Shown piece after piece: positions 1-8,444 of a DNA stretch of 50,808 nt (position 1 is its first letter; each line of letters begins with the position of its first letter). The notes beneath the pieces were generated by a model. That model was given only the letters and a program-made list of their open reading frames with translations, was not told where the DNA came from and searched no databases. The stretch is from sequence record DRR723986_1345; one strand, given 5' to 3'. The position numbers were made by a program, and so were the translations under genes.

Positions 1-30
1 CTCGGCCCCGATCTCGGCCCCGATCTCGGC
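1..30. repeat. 12-bp tandem repeat (CTCGGCCCCGAT x2.5) in the metA 3' end
   Basis: ctcggccccgat ctcggccccgat ctcggc; encodes [10 protein letters not shown] on the minus strand; cut by the window edge. Confidence 0.8.
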
Positions 31-930
31 GAGGTCATAGGGCGTGGACTGATAGACCTGGTTCACCCAGTTGCCGAACAGGAGGTGGGCGTGGCTGCGC
101 CAGCGGTTCAGCGGCTTGCGGGTCGGGTCGTCGTCCGGGAAGTAATTGAACGGGATGGCGATGTCGCTGCCAGCGGCGAGGTCGCGTTCATACTCTTCCT
201 TGAGAGAGAAGCTGTCATACTCGACATGGTTGAACATGAAGACGCTGCGGCTGGGGGCATGCTCCAGCAGGCTCGGCCCGGTGGCCGGGCAGTCGACCAG
301 CAGGTCCAGCTCCGGACGGGCGAGTACGTCTTCGGCATGTACTTCGGTCCAGCGGGAAACCGGGATCAGGAAGTCGTCGGAGAAGCCATTCAGATAAGGT
401 GAGGCCGGGGCGAGATTGCGCTGGCGGTAGATGCCGAAGGCCTTCTTCGCCAACTGGTATTTCGGCAGTTTGTGGAAGTGCCACGCCGCGGCCATCGCAC
501 CCCAGCAGATGAACAGGTTCGAATGCACATTCGTCCGCGTCCAGTCGAAAATCTGCTTCAGCTCGTCCCAATAGGTAACGTCTTCGAAGTCCAGCTGCTC
601 GACCGGCGCGCCGGTAACGATGAAGCCGTCGAACTTGCGGTCGGCCACCTGTTCCCAGGTTTCATAGAAACTGATCAGATGGTCTGAGGAGGTATTCTTC
701 GGCGTGTGATTGCCGATGCGAATCAGCGACAGTTCGATCTGCAGGGGCGAGGCGCCCAGCAGGCGGGCGATCTGCGTCTCCGTGCGGACCTTGTTCGGCA
801 TCAGGTTCAGAAGGCCTATCTGCAGCGGGCGGATATCCTGCCGCGCAGCCTCCGACGCGCGCATCACCGCCACGCCTTCTTTGAGAAGCGTATCACGGGC
901 AGGCAGGGCGTCTGGGATCTTGATCGGCAC
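1..930 (-). CDS. metA: Homoserine O-acyltransferase, MetA family (3' end runs off window)
   Basis: Manual translation from GTG at 930: (M)[18 protein letters not shown]...[20 protein letters not shown]...FICWGA (catalytic Cys)...[26 protein letters not shown]. No stop before the window edge, so it is absent from the ORF track. Confidence 0.95.
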   Translation of the reverse strand, partial: MPIKIPDALPARDTLLKEGVAVMRASEAARQDIRPLQIGLLNLMPNKVRTETQIARLLGASPLQIELSLIRIGNHTPKNTSSDHLISFYETWEQVADRKFDGFIVTGAPVEQLDFEDVTYWDELKQIFDWTRTNVHSNLFICWGAMAAAWHFHKLPKYQLAKKAFGIYRQRNLAPASPYLNGFSDDFLIPVSRWTEVHAEDVLARPELDLLVDCPATGPSLLEHAPSRSVFMFNHVEYDSFSLKEEYERDLAAGSDIAIPFNYFPDDDPTRKPLNRWRSHAHLLFGNWVNQVYQSTPYDLAEIGAEIGAE

Positions 931-980
931 AGGGGTTACTCTCGCTTGGTTCGGCCAGCTTAGGACTTGAAAACAAGGAG

Positions 981-1024
981 AAAAAGGGGGCGCAGAACGG
1001 TTATAGTCTTCCTGCGCGCGGCCC
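981..1024 (-). terminator. Intrinsic terminator in the metA leader (riboswitch expression platform)
   Basis: Minus strand GCGCAGGA...TTCTGCGC stem followed by CCCC-TTTTTCTCCTTGTTTT, between the aptamer and the start codon. Confidence 0.6.
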
Positions 1025-1080
1025 TTTTAGCGACTTGTTTTACGTGGCTGCAAGCCGGCCGGCCAAATCACCACGATGCG
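1021..1080 (-). ncRNA. SAM-II / SAM-alpha riboswitch aptamer
   Basis: Minus strand CGTGGTGATTTGGCCGGCCGGCTTGCAGCCACGTAAAACAAGTCGCTAAA matches the alphaproteobacterial metA SAM-II consensus and lies directly upstream of metA. Confidence 0.92.
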
Positions 1081-1202
1081 GGGGATGTAGTCCCAGATGG
1101 CGCGACGGGCAAGAGGCAGCCTGTCGACACTCTTCCCAACAAGGCACCGCGGCCGTAACCTTTCCTCATCCGCCGGGCAACATGGCGGTTTGGGAGGAAA
1201 AT

Positions 1203-1994
1203 ATGACGCAGACTGCAACCGGTCTGCCGGACGTCAACACCGTCGGCCTGTCTGCACCTTTTCGGTGGCTGGCTGGCGGGTGGTCGGATTTCCGGAAATC
1301 CTTGGGACCGAGCCTTACCTATGGGGCGATCCTTGTCGTGGCGAGCGTGGGCCTGACGGCCGTGCTTTACCAGGCCGGGGCAATCCGGCTCCTTTTCGTG
1401 GTGGCGGCCGGCTTCATGCTGGTGGCCCCTATCCTGGCCATGGGCCTTTACCAGACCGGCAGGACACTGGAGCGCGGCGAACGCCCGCGGATAGGTGACA
1501 TCCTGTTCGTGCGCTCAGCACTGCGGCAGGACCTGTTCGTCCTCGGCTTCGCGCTGTTCCTGGTCTATTCGGTCTGGGTGGAGATGGCGCACCTGGTCTA
1601 CGGGCTGTCGACACACAAGTTCCACAAGACGCTACCGGCACTCGTGGATTTCATGCTGTTCGATCCGGAAGGCCACAACATGGTGATGACCGGCACGATC
1701 ATCGGCGGTGTCATCGCCTTTCTGGCTTTCTCCCTGGTTGTGGTCTCGGCGCCCATGCTGCTGAACACGAAAGCGAACGTGTTCGTCGCCACGCTGACCA
1801 GCCTGCGCTCGGTGGCAATGAATTTTCTGCCAATGCTGCTCTGGGGCGTCATGATTGTCATGCTGACGGTATTGGGAATCGCCACAGGTTTTCTTGGCCT
1901 GACCATCACCTTCCCCGTGATCGGCCTGGCCAGCTGGCGGGCGTACCGGGATCTTGTACCATCATCCGCTGACGATCTGGCCACCTCAGGCTAA
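1203..1994 (+). CDS. DUF2189-family integral membrane protein
   Basis: GGAGG RBS before ATG 1203; APFRWLAGGWSDF, GFMLVAPILAMGLY, PVIGLASWRAYRDLV motifs; multiple TM helices. Confidence 0.8.
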   Translation: MTQTATGLPDVNTVGLSAPFRWLAGGWSDFRKSLGPSLTYGAILVVASVGLTAVLYQAGAIRLLFVVAAGFMLVAPILAMGLYQTGRTLERGERPRIGDILFVRSALRQDLFVLGFALFLVYSVWVEMAHLVYGLSTHKFHKTLPALVDFMLFDPEGHNMVMTGTIIGGVIAFLAFSLVVVSAPMLLNTKANVFVATLTSLRSVAMNFLPMLLWGVMIVMLTVLGIATGFLGLTITFPVIGLASWRAYRDLVPSSADDLATSG

Positions 1995-2042
1995 CCCGAG
2001 GAATAGCGGGGCGGACGGGGTGTAGGCCCGCCGGTATCAGCC

Positions 2043-2600
2043 TTATGCGTCCCCCTTGCCCGCAAAAACGGAATAGACCGGATCATCGGGACAGGCCGCA
2101 CCGATCGGCGTTCTCTGGCCGAAACGTTCGGCCTCGGTTCCCGATGGCAGGGGCATTTGCTCCGCCCAGTCGAACACCACGACACGGTTGAGAATGCGCC
2201 ATTCGTCGCCCCGCTTAACGAACCAGTCGAGATAGCGGCCCTTCATGTCCCATTGTTCCATCTGCCGTCCGGCGCCCAGCTGGCGCTGATAAGCGGAGAA
2301 ATAACTCTCGACCGCTGCACCGCCCTCACGGAACTCGATCAGGATATTGTGGATCTGGTGGATACCTCGCTCGATGTAAGGTAGCGTTTTCATGGCCCAG
2401 TCGATGAAGCCCTCGGCGCTTCCCTTATAGGGGCCGTGATCGTCCGTCCCGTCCGGCCAGTAGGCAGACCGCAGCGCGGCTTCATCAGCCCGGTCAATGC
2501 CCCGGCAATACCGGAACAGGCAATCGCGGATCGCTTCGCGGGCGGTCAGCTCTTCAAGTTGCGCAGAGAGTTGCGTCAGGGAAATTCCGGTTTCGGCCAT
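2043..2600 (-). CDS. SnoaL-like / NTF2-family protein
   Basis: AREAIRDCLFRYCRGIDRAD...DDHG...GRYLD...WRILNRVVVFDW pattern. Confidence 0.8.
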   Translation of the reverse strand: MAETGISLTQLSAQLEELTAREAIRDCLFRYCRGIDRADEAALRSAYWPDGTDDHGPYKGSAEGFIDWAMKTLPYIERGIHQIHNILIEFREGGAAVESYFSAYQRQLGAGRQMEQWDMKGRYLDWFVKRGDEWRILNRVVVFDWAEQMPLPSGTEAERFGQRTPIGAACPDDPVYSVFAGKGDA

Positions 2601-2693
2601 ATCGGGGTCCCTTCGTATTTGTTTGCGGCGGAGGACGTATCAGTCTGCGCGCCCGCAAGCCAGTTCCAGAATTTAACATTTGACCGGGAATAC

Positions 2694-3146
2694 CTAGCCC
2701 AGCGGGTGCACAAGGTGCGGAAGGGTTCGACCCGGGATGGAGCCAGACTCGGCAGTGCCGTTGCGGACGGCGCCGAGGCCTTCATAGAAGGCGGCGGCGT
2801 CCGGGTCTGAGTCGATCAGAAGGTTCTTCGCACCATTTTCCCGCGCCACGCGGCAGGCCCAGACATAGAGCAGCTTGCCGGTCCCCTCCCCCAGCCGGTT
2901 CGGTTCCACGAACAGCTTTTCCAGCACGGCATCCTCGCCCTGTTTCGAGAGCTGCACGACGCCCGCGATGCCGCGTTTGTCCTCGGCCAGCATGATGGCG
3001 TCTTCGGCAAGGTCTTCCGGCGTGACGGTCAGCTCCCCCTCGAAGGCCTTCAGCATGTCGCCGGAATAGCCCCAATGCGCCTTTGACCGCAGGCAAAGAC
3101 CGGACAGGGCGGCGAGTTCGTCGGGTTTTGGTTCGCGCAGAATCAT
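2694..3146 (-). CDS. GNAT family N-acetyltransferase
   Basis: SKAHWGY, LFVEP-GEGTGK acetyl-CoA motif, SDPDAAAFYEGLGA. Confidence 0.85.
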   Translation of the reverse strand: MILREPKPDELAALSGLCLRSKAHWGYSGDMLKAFEGELTVTPEDLAEDAIMLAEDKRGIAGVVQLSKQGEDAVLEKLFVEPNRLGEGTGKLLYVWACRVARENGAKNLLIDSDPDAAAFYEGLGAVRNGTAESGSIPGRTLPHLVHPLG

Positions 3147-3238
3147 GGGGCCAATCTAACGCAATTGTGTTGTGACGCTAGGCGAGGGCTTGCAGGCTGG
3201 GCCGTTCCCGCCTTCTCTGCCAGCAGGAGGAAACAAAT

Positions 3239-4177
3239 ATGAGCACCAAACCTGTCCAGACCCGCATCACCGAAATGCTGGGCATCGAGAAACCCATCAT
3301 CCAGGCTGCCATGGGCTGGATCGCCCGGTCGCATTTGTCCTCCGCCGTATCGAATGCCGGGGGCATGGGCATCATCGAGACCTCCTCCGGGGATCTGGAC
3401 GCCGTGCGCGAAGAGATCAAGAAGATGAAAACGCTGACGGACAAGCCGTTCGGCGTGAACGTCGCGCAGGCCTTTGTGCGCGATCCGGACATCGTCCAGT
3501 TCGTCATCGACCAGGGCATCAAGTTCGTCACCACGTCTGCTGGCGACCCGATGAAATATACCGGCATGCTGAAAGAGGCGGGCCTGACCGTGTTCCACGT
3601 CGTGCCGTCGCTTCAGGGTGCGATGCGGGCCATCGAGGCGGGCGTCGACGGCCTGATCGTGGAGGGCGGCGAAGGCGGCGGATTCAAGAACCCGAAGGAT
3701 GTCGCCTCGATGGTGCTGATCCCACAGGTCTGCGAAGCGGTGGACGTGCCGGTGGTCGCTGCTGGCGGCATCATGGACGGGCGGACCATGGCGGCCGCCT
3801 TCTGCCTTGGCGCCGAAGGCGTGCTGATGGGTACGCGCATCCTCTCATCCGCGGAGAGCCCGGTGCACCAGAACTGGAAGGATGCGATCATCGAGGCGGA
3901 CTCCACCGACACGGTGTTCCTGAACCGCACCGGCCCCGGCCCGGCCCTGCGCGCGCTTCGCACAGAGCGGACGGACCGCATCCAGAAGGAAGGCGTGGCG
4001 AACATTTTCGGGGAATTTGCGGGCACGCAGGATGTGTACTTCGGCGGAAACCTTGAAGCCGGCATCGCCCTGACCGGCCAGGTTGCCGGGCGCATCAAGG
4101 AGGTGAAGCCCATCGCGCAGATCTTCGAGGAGACGATTGCGGAATACCACCGCGTCGTGGATGCCCTGCCCCGCTGA
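3239..4177 (+). CDS. Nitronate monooxygenase / FabK-like FMN oxidoreductase
   Basis: PIIQAAMGW, SNAGGMG, PFGVN, VVAAGGIMDGR, GVLMGTR; AGGAG RBS. Confidence 0.85.
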   Translation: MSTKPVQTRITEMLGIEKPIIQAAMGWIARSHLSSAVSNAGGMGIIETSSGDLDAVREEIKKMKTLTDKPFGVNVAQAFVRDPDIVQFVIDQGIKFVTTSAGDPMKYTGMLKEAGLTVFHVVPSLQGAMRAIEAGVDGLIVEGGEGGGFKNPKDVASMVLIPQVCEAVDVPVVAAGGIMDGRTMAAAFCLGAEGVLMGTRILSSAESPVHQNWKDAIIEADSTDTVFLNRTGPGPALRALRTERTDRIQKEGVANIFGEFAGTQDVYFGGNLEAGIALTGQVAGRIKEVKPIAQIFEETIAEYHRVVDALPR

Positions 4178-4189
4178 CGCGATGAGCGC

Positions 4190-4729
4190 TTACGGGGCCT
4201 GCAGGTCGCTGACCCAGTGGATCTCCGGATCCTCCAGGGAATGCATACCCTTCAGTTCAAAGACGTTCCTGTAGCCATAGCCGTAGAGATTGATGAAGGT
4301 CGGCACGTTAAGGGCCAGCGGCGCGCTCTTCAGCATGACTGGGGCGATGTCGTCTTCGAAATTGTTGTTGCAGTAGATCAGGATACGCGTGTCCTTTGAA
4401 GGGATCACGGCGGCGAGCTTTTCTTCAGTGAAGTCGGAGAAGTTCACATTGATCGCGCCTTCAATATGTCCCATCGCGTAAGCTTCGGCGCTGCGCGAAT
4501 CAAGGATGATCGTATCCGGCTCATCCTTCATCTCGTTGAACTCTACGAGGGGCACAAGATGCAGCTGGCGGTACGCGGCCACTTCTTCTGAGACGCCAAG
4601 AAAGCCGTCATAATCGATGAAGGCGTCTTTTTCTGGTGTGCTGGTCTCTTGGGCATTCGCCGCAAGGCCGCAACCAATGAAGGTTGCAATGGTCAGGATG
4701 CCGATGACTGTGTTCCGCTTCACGCCCAT
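4190..4729 (-). CDS. Secreted rhodanese-like domain protein
   Basis: Signal peptide, ILDSRS-Y-GHIEGAIN, active-site loop IYCNNN; start trimmed to avoid overlap with xerC. Confidence 0.75.
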   Translation of the reverse strand: MGVKRNTVIGILTIATFIGCGLAANAQETSTPEKDAFIDYDGFLGVSEEVAAYRQLHLVPLVEFNEMKDEPDTIILDSRSAEAYAMGHIEGAINVNFSDFTEEKLAAVIPSKDTRILIYCNNNFEDDIAPVMLKSAPLALNVPTFINLYGYGYRNVFELKGMHSLEDPEIHWVSDLQAP

Positions 4730-4823
4730 GACGTGTCTCCCAGTTCGTCTCTCATGAACCATTGCTCGCAATTGAGGCAGGAAAATGGGCATGACAGGCC
4801 CCTTGTTGGGAGTTTGTATTGCT

Positions 4824-5723
4824 TCAGGCTCGCGGATGGGCCGCCGCATGCACCTCGCGCAGGCGGCTGGCATCGACACCGGTATAGACCTGTGTGGTCG
4901 AGAGGGATGCGTGACCAAGCAAGGTCTGGATCGCGCGGAGATCTGCCCCTGCAGCGAGGAGATGCGTGGCAAAGGCATGGCGCAGGGCATGCGGGGTCGC
5001 CGTGTCCGGCAGGCCGAGCAGGCCGCGCAGACGCTGGACAAGGCCCTGGATCAGGCGCGGGTTGAGTGCGCCGCCTTTCGCGCCCCGGAACAGGGGCTGC
5101 GTCCGCGTCAGGGCATAGGGGCATTGCTCCGTATAGACATCGATTGCCTGCCGCACTGCCGGAATCAGCGGCACGATCCGCACCTTGCCGCCCTTGCCGG
5201 TGATGCGCAGGCGTTCAGGCGCGGGCACGTCCGCCCCGGTGAGGCTGAGCGCCTCGGAGATACGCAGGCCAGCTCCATACAGCAGCGACAGCACGGCCGC
5301 ATCGCGGGCATTGATCCAGGGCGCAACATCCGGATCGTCGGCCGCCTCGTCGATCATGTCTTTCGCCGCCTCAGCCGAGACAGGTCGCGGCAGGCGCTTC
5401 GGGCGTTTCGGGCCCTGCAAATAGGCGACTTCCGCATTCTCGATGTCGAACGCCCGGTTCAGCCAGCGATACAGCGCCTTGATGGAAGAGAGCAGCCGGG
5501 CCACCGAAGCATCCGACAGGCCGTCGCGGCGGCGCTGGGCGATATGGGCACGGATATCGCGCGCTTTCAGCTCCCCCAGCAGTTTAGGGGTCGGCTCTTC
5601 TCCCATGTGATGGCGCAGGAAGTTGAAGAACTCCGCCAGATCGGAGCGGTAGGCATCCACCGTCTTCGCGGCCATACGGCGCTCATTGGCGAGGTATTCC
5701 ACGAAGGCGAGCAACGTTTCCAT
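4824..5723 (-). CDS. xerC: Tyrosine recombinase XerC
   Basis: LLYGAGLRISE, GKGGK, TPHALRHAFATHLL, LLGHASLSTTQVY; complete catalytic set, about 300 aa. Confidence 0.9.
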   Translation of the reverse strand: METLLAFVEYLANERRMAAKTVDAYRSDLAEFFNFLRHHMGEEPTPKLLGELKARDIRAHIAQRRRDGLSDASVARLLSSIKALYRWLNRAFDIENAEVAYLQGPKRPKRLPRPVSAEAAKDMIDEAADDPDVAPWINARDAAVLSLLYGAGLRISEALSLTGADVPAPERLRITGKGGKVRIVPLIPAVRQAIDVYTEQCPYALTRTQPLFRGAKGGALNPRLIQGLVQRLRGLLGLPDTATPHALRHAFATHLLAAGADLRAIQTLLGHASLSTTQVYTGVDASRLREVHAAAHPRA

Positions 5724-5819
5724 CCGGCAATCATTACAGATTCCACTTAACCATGCGTTTCATTGCGGCTGGTCCGGGATTTGCTTTGCCTCCCTGATCT
5801 AATGAATGAGGCGGAAACC

Positions 5820-7016
5820 ATGCGTTATCTCGGAATTGACCTTGCCCGGTCAGTAGCAATCTTCTTCGTGATGATGGGCCATGCCATGGCCGCCGCGCGG
5901 ATCGGATATGAGGTTCCCGGAATCTCGGGACTCCGCATCTTTCTCGCCATCTCCGCACCGGTGTTCTTCTGTCTGTTCGGAACAATGCTTCAGCTGGTCT
6001 ATACGCGCAAATACGCCTCCGGCCTTGAAACGGAAACAACCCAGCGCCTGTGGACCCGCGCCCTTCAGTGCTGGATCCTTTACGCCTTTACCTGCGCCAT
6101 TTTCTGCCTGGCGAACGGTTATTCGCTGGCTTACTTCGTCCGCTGCAGCCTGTTCATGGGCGACACCCCTTATACCGACATTCTGCGATTCTACGCCGCC
6201 CAGCTGTTCCTGGCACCGCTGCTGGTACGGACCAGCGCCCGCATCGGCCTCTGGCCGCTTGTCCTGGCGGTTGCGGTCATTCACGCATCCTTTCCGTTCA
6301 TCTCGCAACTCGGACCGATTGGCACTTTCCCGGGCGCCGAAAGCATTTCGTCCTTCGTCTATGGCGGTAACCTGTTCACGCACACCGGCCCTTCGGTGAT
6401 CCACGGACTGGGCTTTGTTGTCGCCGGCATGGTCATCGGCAAAGTCATGCAGGCTCGCCCTGGAAAAGAAGCCCTTCTGTCGGGCCCGGGCTGGCGTGTG
6501 CGCACCGCCTATGTGGCGCTGGCTCTGGTTTGCCTCGGCTGGATGGTGTTTGCCGGCTACAACATGGCAGATCCGCAAACCCGGACCTTCCTGCGGAATG
6601 CCAACCACCCGCTCTACCTGCTGACCGGTGTGGCTGCGACTGTTCTGTTCATTGACGTCTTCAGCGTGATCCGCAGCGTTGCGAAGACGGCCCAGGATTC
6701 GATCTGGATGATCTTCGGCCGCACCAGCCTGTTCACCTTTGCCTATGGCAATGCCTATCTCTACATCGTGGCGCTGAAGGGCGACACGCCAGGGCCTGCT
6801 TTCACACAGTTCTTCGTCTCGATGATCGTCATCCTGCTGATGTCTTACGGCTACTCCCGGTTCCGGGACATGAAGGCCCTGAAATCAGACCATTGGATAG
6901 CGCGGACATATCGCTGGATTGTTGATGACAGCGCGCCTCAGATTGTGCGCTTCCTGACCGGGCCGATCCTGCATCACGAGACAAAGTCCAGCCAGCTGCC
7001 GACAATGGGGCGCTAG
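5820..7016 (+). CDS. OpgC-like membrane acyltransferase (acyltransferase-3 clan)
   Basis: GIDLARSVAIFFVMMGH start, YTDILRFY, FGRTSLFTF motifs; about 10 TM helices. Confidence 0.6.
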   Translation: MRYLGIDLARSVAIFFVMMGHAMAAARIGYEVPGISGLRIFLAISAPVFFCLFGTMLQLVYTRKYASGLETETTQRLWTRALQCWILYAFTCAIFCLANGYSLAYFVRCSLFMGDTPYTDILRFYAAQLFLAPLLVRTSARIGLWPLVLAVAVIHASFPFISQLGPIGTFPGAESISSFVYGGNLFTHTGPSVIHGLGFVVAGMVIGKVMQARPGKEALLSGPGWRVRTAYVALALVCLGWMVFAGYNMADPQTRTFLRNANHPLYLLTGVAATVLFIDVFSVIRSVAKTAQDSIWMIFGRTSLFTFAYGNAYLYIVALKGDTPGPAFTQFFVSMIVILLMSYGYSRFRDMKALKSDHWIARTYRWIVDDSAPQIVRFLTGPILHHETKSSQLPTMGR

Positions 7017-7462
7017 GGCGGATTGCCCTCCCAGTCGACGATCCAGTCTTCAGGGTCCTCATCAAAGACCGTGTCTTCCGACACGGTCCGGCCCCGGATG
7101 GAATTACCGCTTGTGTGGACACGGTTACGGTCGCCGCAGACGAGGTGGTGCCAGTCCGGCAGATCCTTGCCTTCCAGCACGAGGCGGTAAGCACAGGTCT
7201 GCGGCATCCATTTGATCTCGGCCACATTCTGCGGCGTCAGGATCACGCAATCCTCGACGATCTTCTTGCGATTTTCATAGTCGATGCAGGCACAGGCCTG
7301 CCCGTCGAGCAGCCTGCAATGCAGCTTGGTATAGGCGATCTCGCCTGTGTCCTCATCTTCCAGTTTCAGCAGGCAGCATTTGGCGCAGCCGTCGCAGAGC
7401 GACTCCCACTCCTCGCGTGACATCTGATCCAGCGTTTTCTGTTTCCAGAACGGTTCGCTCAT
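7013..7462 (-). CDS. ycgN: YcgN / UPF0260 cysteine-cluster protein
   Basis: EWESLCDGCAKCCL, C--Y--R---V-DC, WMPQTCAYR, WHHLVCG. Confidence 0.9.
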   Translation of the reverse strand: MSEPFWKQKTLDQMSREEWESLCDGCAKCCLLKLEDEDTGEIAYTKLHCRLLDGQACACIDYENRKKIVEDCVILTPQNVAEIKWMPQTCAYRLVLEGKDLPDWHHLVCGDRNRVHTSGNSIRGRTVSEDTVFDEDPEDWIVDWEGNPP

Positions 7463-7734
7463 GCCTGCGCGGCCGACCATTGCGGTGTTTTCTCGATCAG
7501 GGCCGTGGCGAACCAGCAACTGGATGAGACAGTCTCGCCGCTGGCGATGACATCGGCCATGGCCGCCTCAACGAGGCGTTTGCCGAGGCCCCGGCCACCC
7601 AGCGGACCCGGTACGATCGTGTGCGTGATGTGCACATGACCGGCGCGGGGCCGCTCATAGGTGAGATAGGCTTCAATGCCATTCTCGAAGTATGAGTAGC
7701 GCATCATGTTTTGGTCGTGGGTGATCTCGCTCAT
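7459..7734 (-). CDS. Small YjdJ-like GNAT acetyltransferase (copy 2)
   Basis: ITHTIVPGPLGGRGLGKRLV, SCWFA; ATGA overlaps with both neighbours. Confidence 0.8.
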   Translation of the reverse strand: MSEITHDQNMMRYSYFENGIEAYLTYERPRAGHVHITHTIVPGPLGGRGLGKRLVEAAMADVIASGETVSSSCWFATALIEKTPQWSAAQA

Positions 7735-8018
7735 GCCAGAACGTCCTGCCATTCCTTGTGTTTCTCGATCTGCGCCTTCGCAAAGGGGCAGAGGGGGATG
7801 ATCTTCAGGCCCGCCGCCCGGGCGTCTTCCACCGCGCGCTGCACCAGTGCCACGCCGACACCGCGCCCGCCAAGCGCTTTCGGCACCCCTGTATGGTCGA
7901 TGATAATGCGGGACGTACCAGCCTTGGAATAGGTCATTTCAGCTTCATGGCTGTCAACGATGGTGACATAGCGCCCGCCGGTTTCCCCATCTTCCTTGCG
8001 GATTTCGAAGGTTTCCAT
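7731..8018 (-). CDS. Small YjdJ-like GNAT acetyltransferase (copy 1)
   Basis: IDHTGVPKALGGRGVG, IIPLCPFA. Confidence 0.85.
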   Translation of the reverse strand: METFEIRKEDGETGGRYVTIVDSHEAEMTYSKAGTSRIIIDHTGVPKALGGRGVGVALVQRAVEDARAAGLKIIPLCPFAKAQIEKHKEWQDVLA

Positions 8019-8121
8019 GGCTGTGTCCTGTTCTGCCTCCCCTATCTGGGCAGCGGAAACCTTCCGCGCAAGCGAAAGCCGCCCGGGATCTCCGGACGGC
8101 TTGCTGGAAAGCGGGATTGGC

Positions 8122-8298
8122 TTAGGAAGCCTTGTCCACGGCATCCTTCGCATCGCCGACTGTATCGCGGACTTCGCCTTCGGCCTTGTCCATCTTGCCT
8201 TTCATTTCGAGGCTTTTGTCGCCGACGGCCTTACCGGTCGCTTCCTTGAGCGTACCTTCGGCCTTCTTGGCGGCGCCCTTCACATGTTCCTTATCCAT
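8122..8298 (-). CDS. csbD: CsbD family general-stress protein (58 aa, below the ORF-track cutoff)
   Basis: [67 protein letters not shown]. Confidence 0.9.
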   Translation of the reverse strand: MDKEHVKGAAKKAEGTLKEATGKAVGDKSLEMKGKMDKAEGEVRDTVGDAKDAVDKAS

Positions 8299-8342
8299 TA
8301 TCCGTCTCCTTTCGTCTGCCGCTTATGTGCGGTCTCTCAATC

Positions 8343-8367
8343 AACGCGCGAGGGCGGGAAAAGGTCC
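8343..8367 (-). promoter_or_regulatory. Putative EcfG/SigT general-stress promoter of csbD
   Basis: Minus strand GGACC-N16-CGTT versus consensus GGAAC-N16/17-CGTT (one mismatch), about 45 nt upstream of csbD. Confidence 0.55.
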
Positions 8368-8444
8368 GAGATTCTTTCAGGCACCTGGAAAGACCTGCGC
8401 CGCCCCCTTCTCAGAACGCGCGCGCGAGGCTAGGCCAGCGACCC

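Noticed and set aside
85-970. Several short ORFs in the track over 85-970
   Set aside because: Shadows of metA on the minus strand, which the track missed because its stop lies outside the window.
4824-5723. Tyrosine recombinase as a possible island integrase
   Set aside because: Size, motifs and host-like codon usage fit chromosomal XerC; no att site or cargo adjacent.
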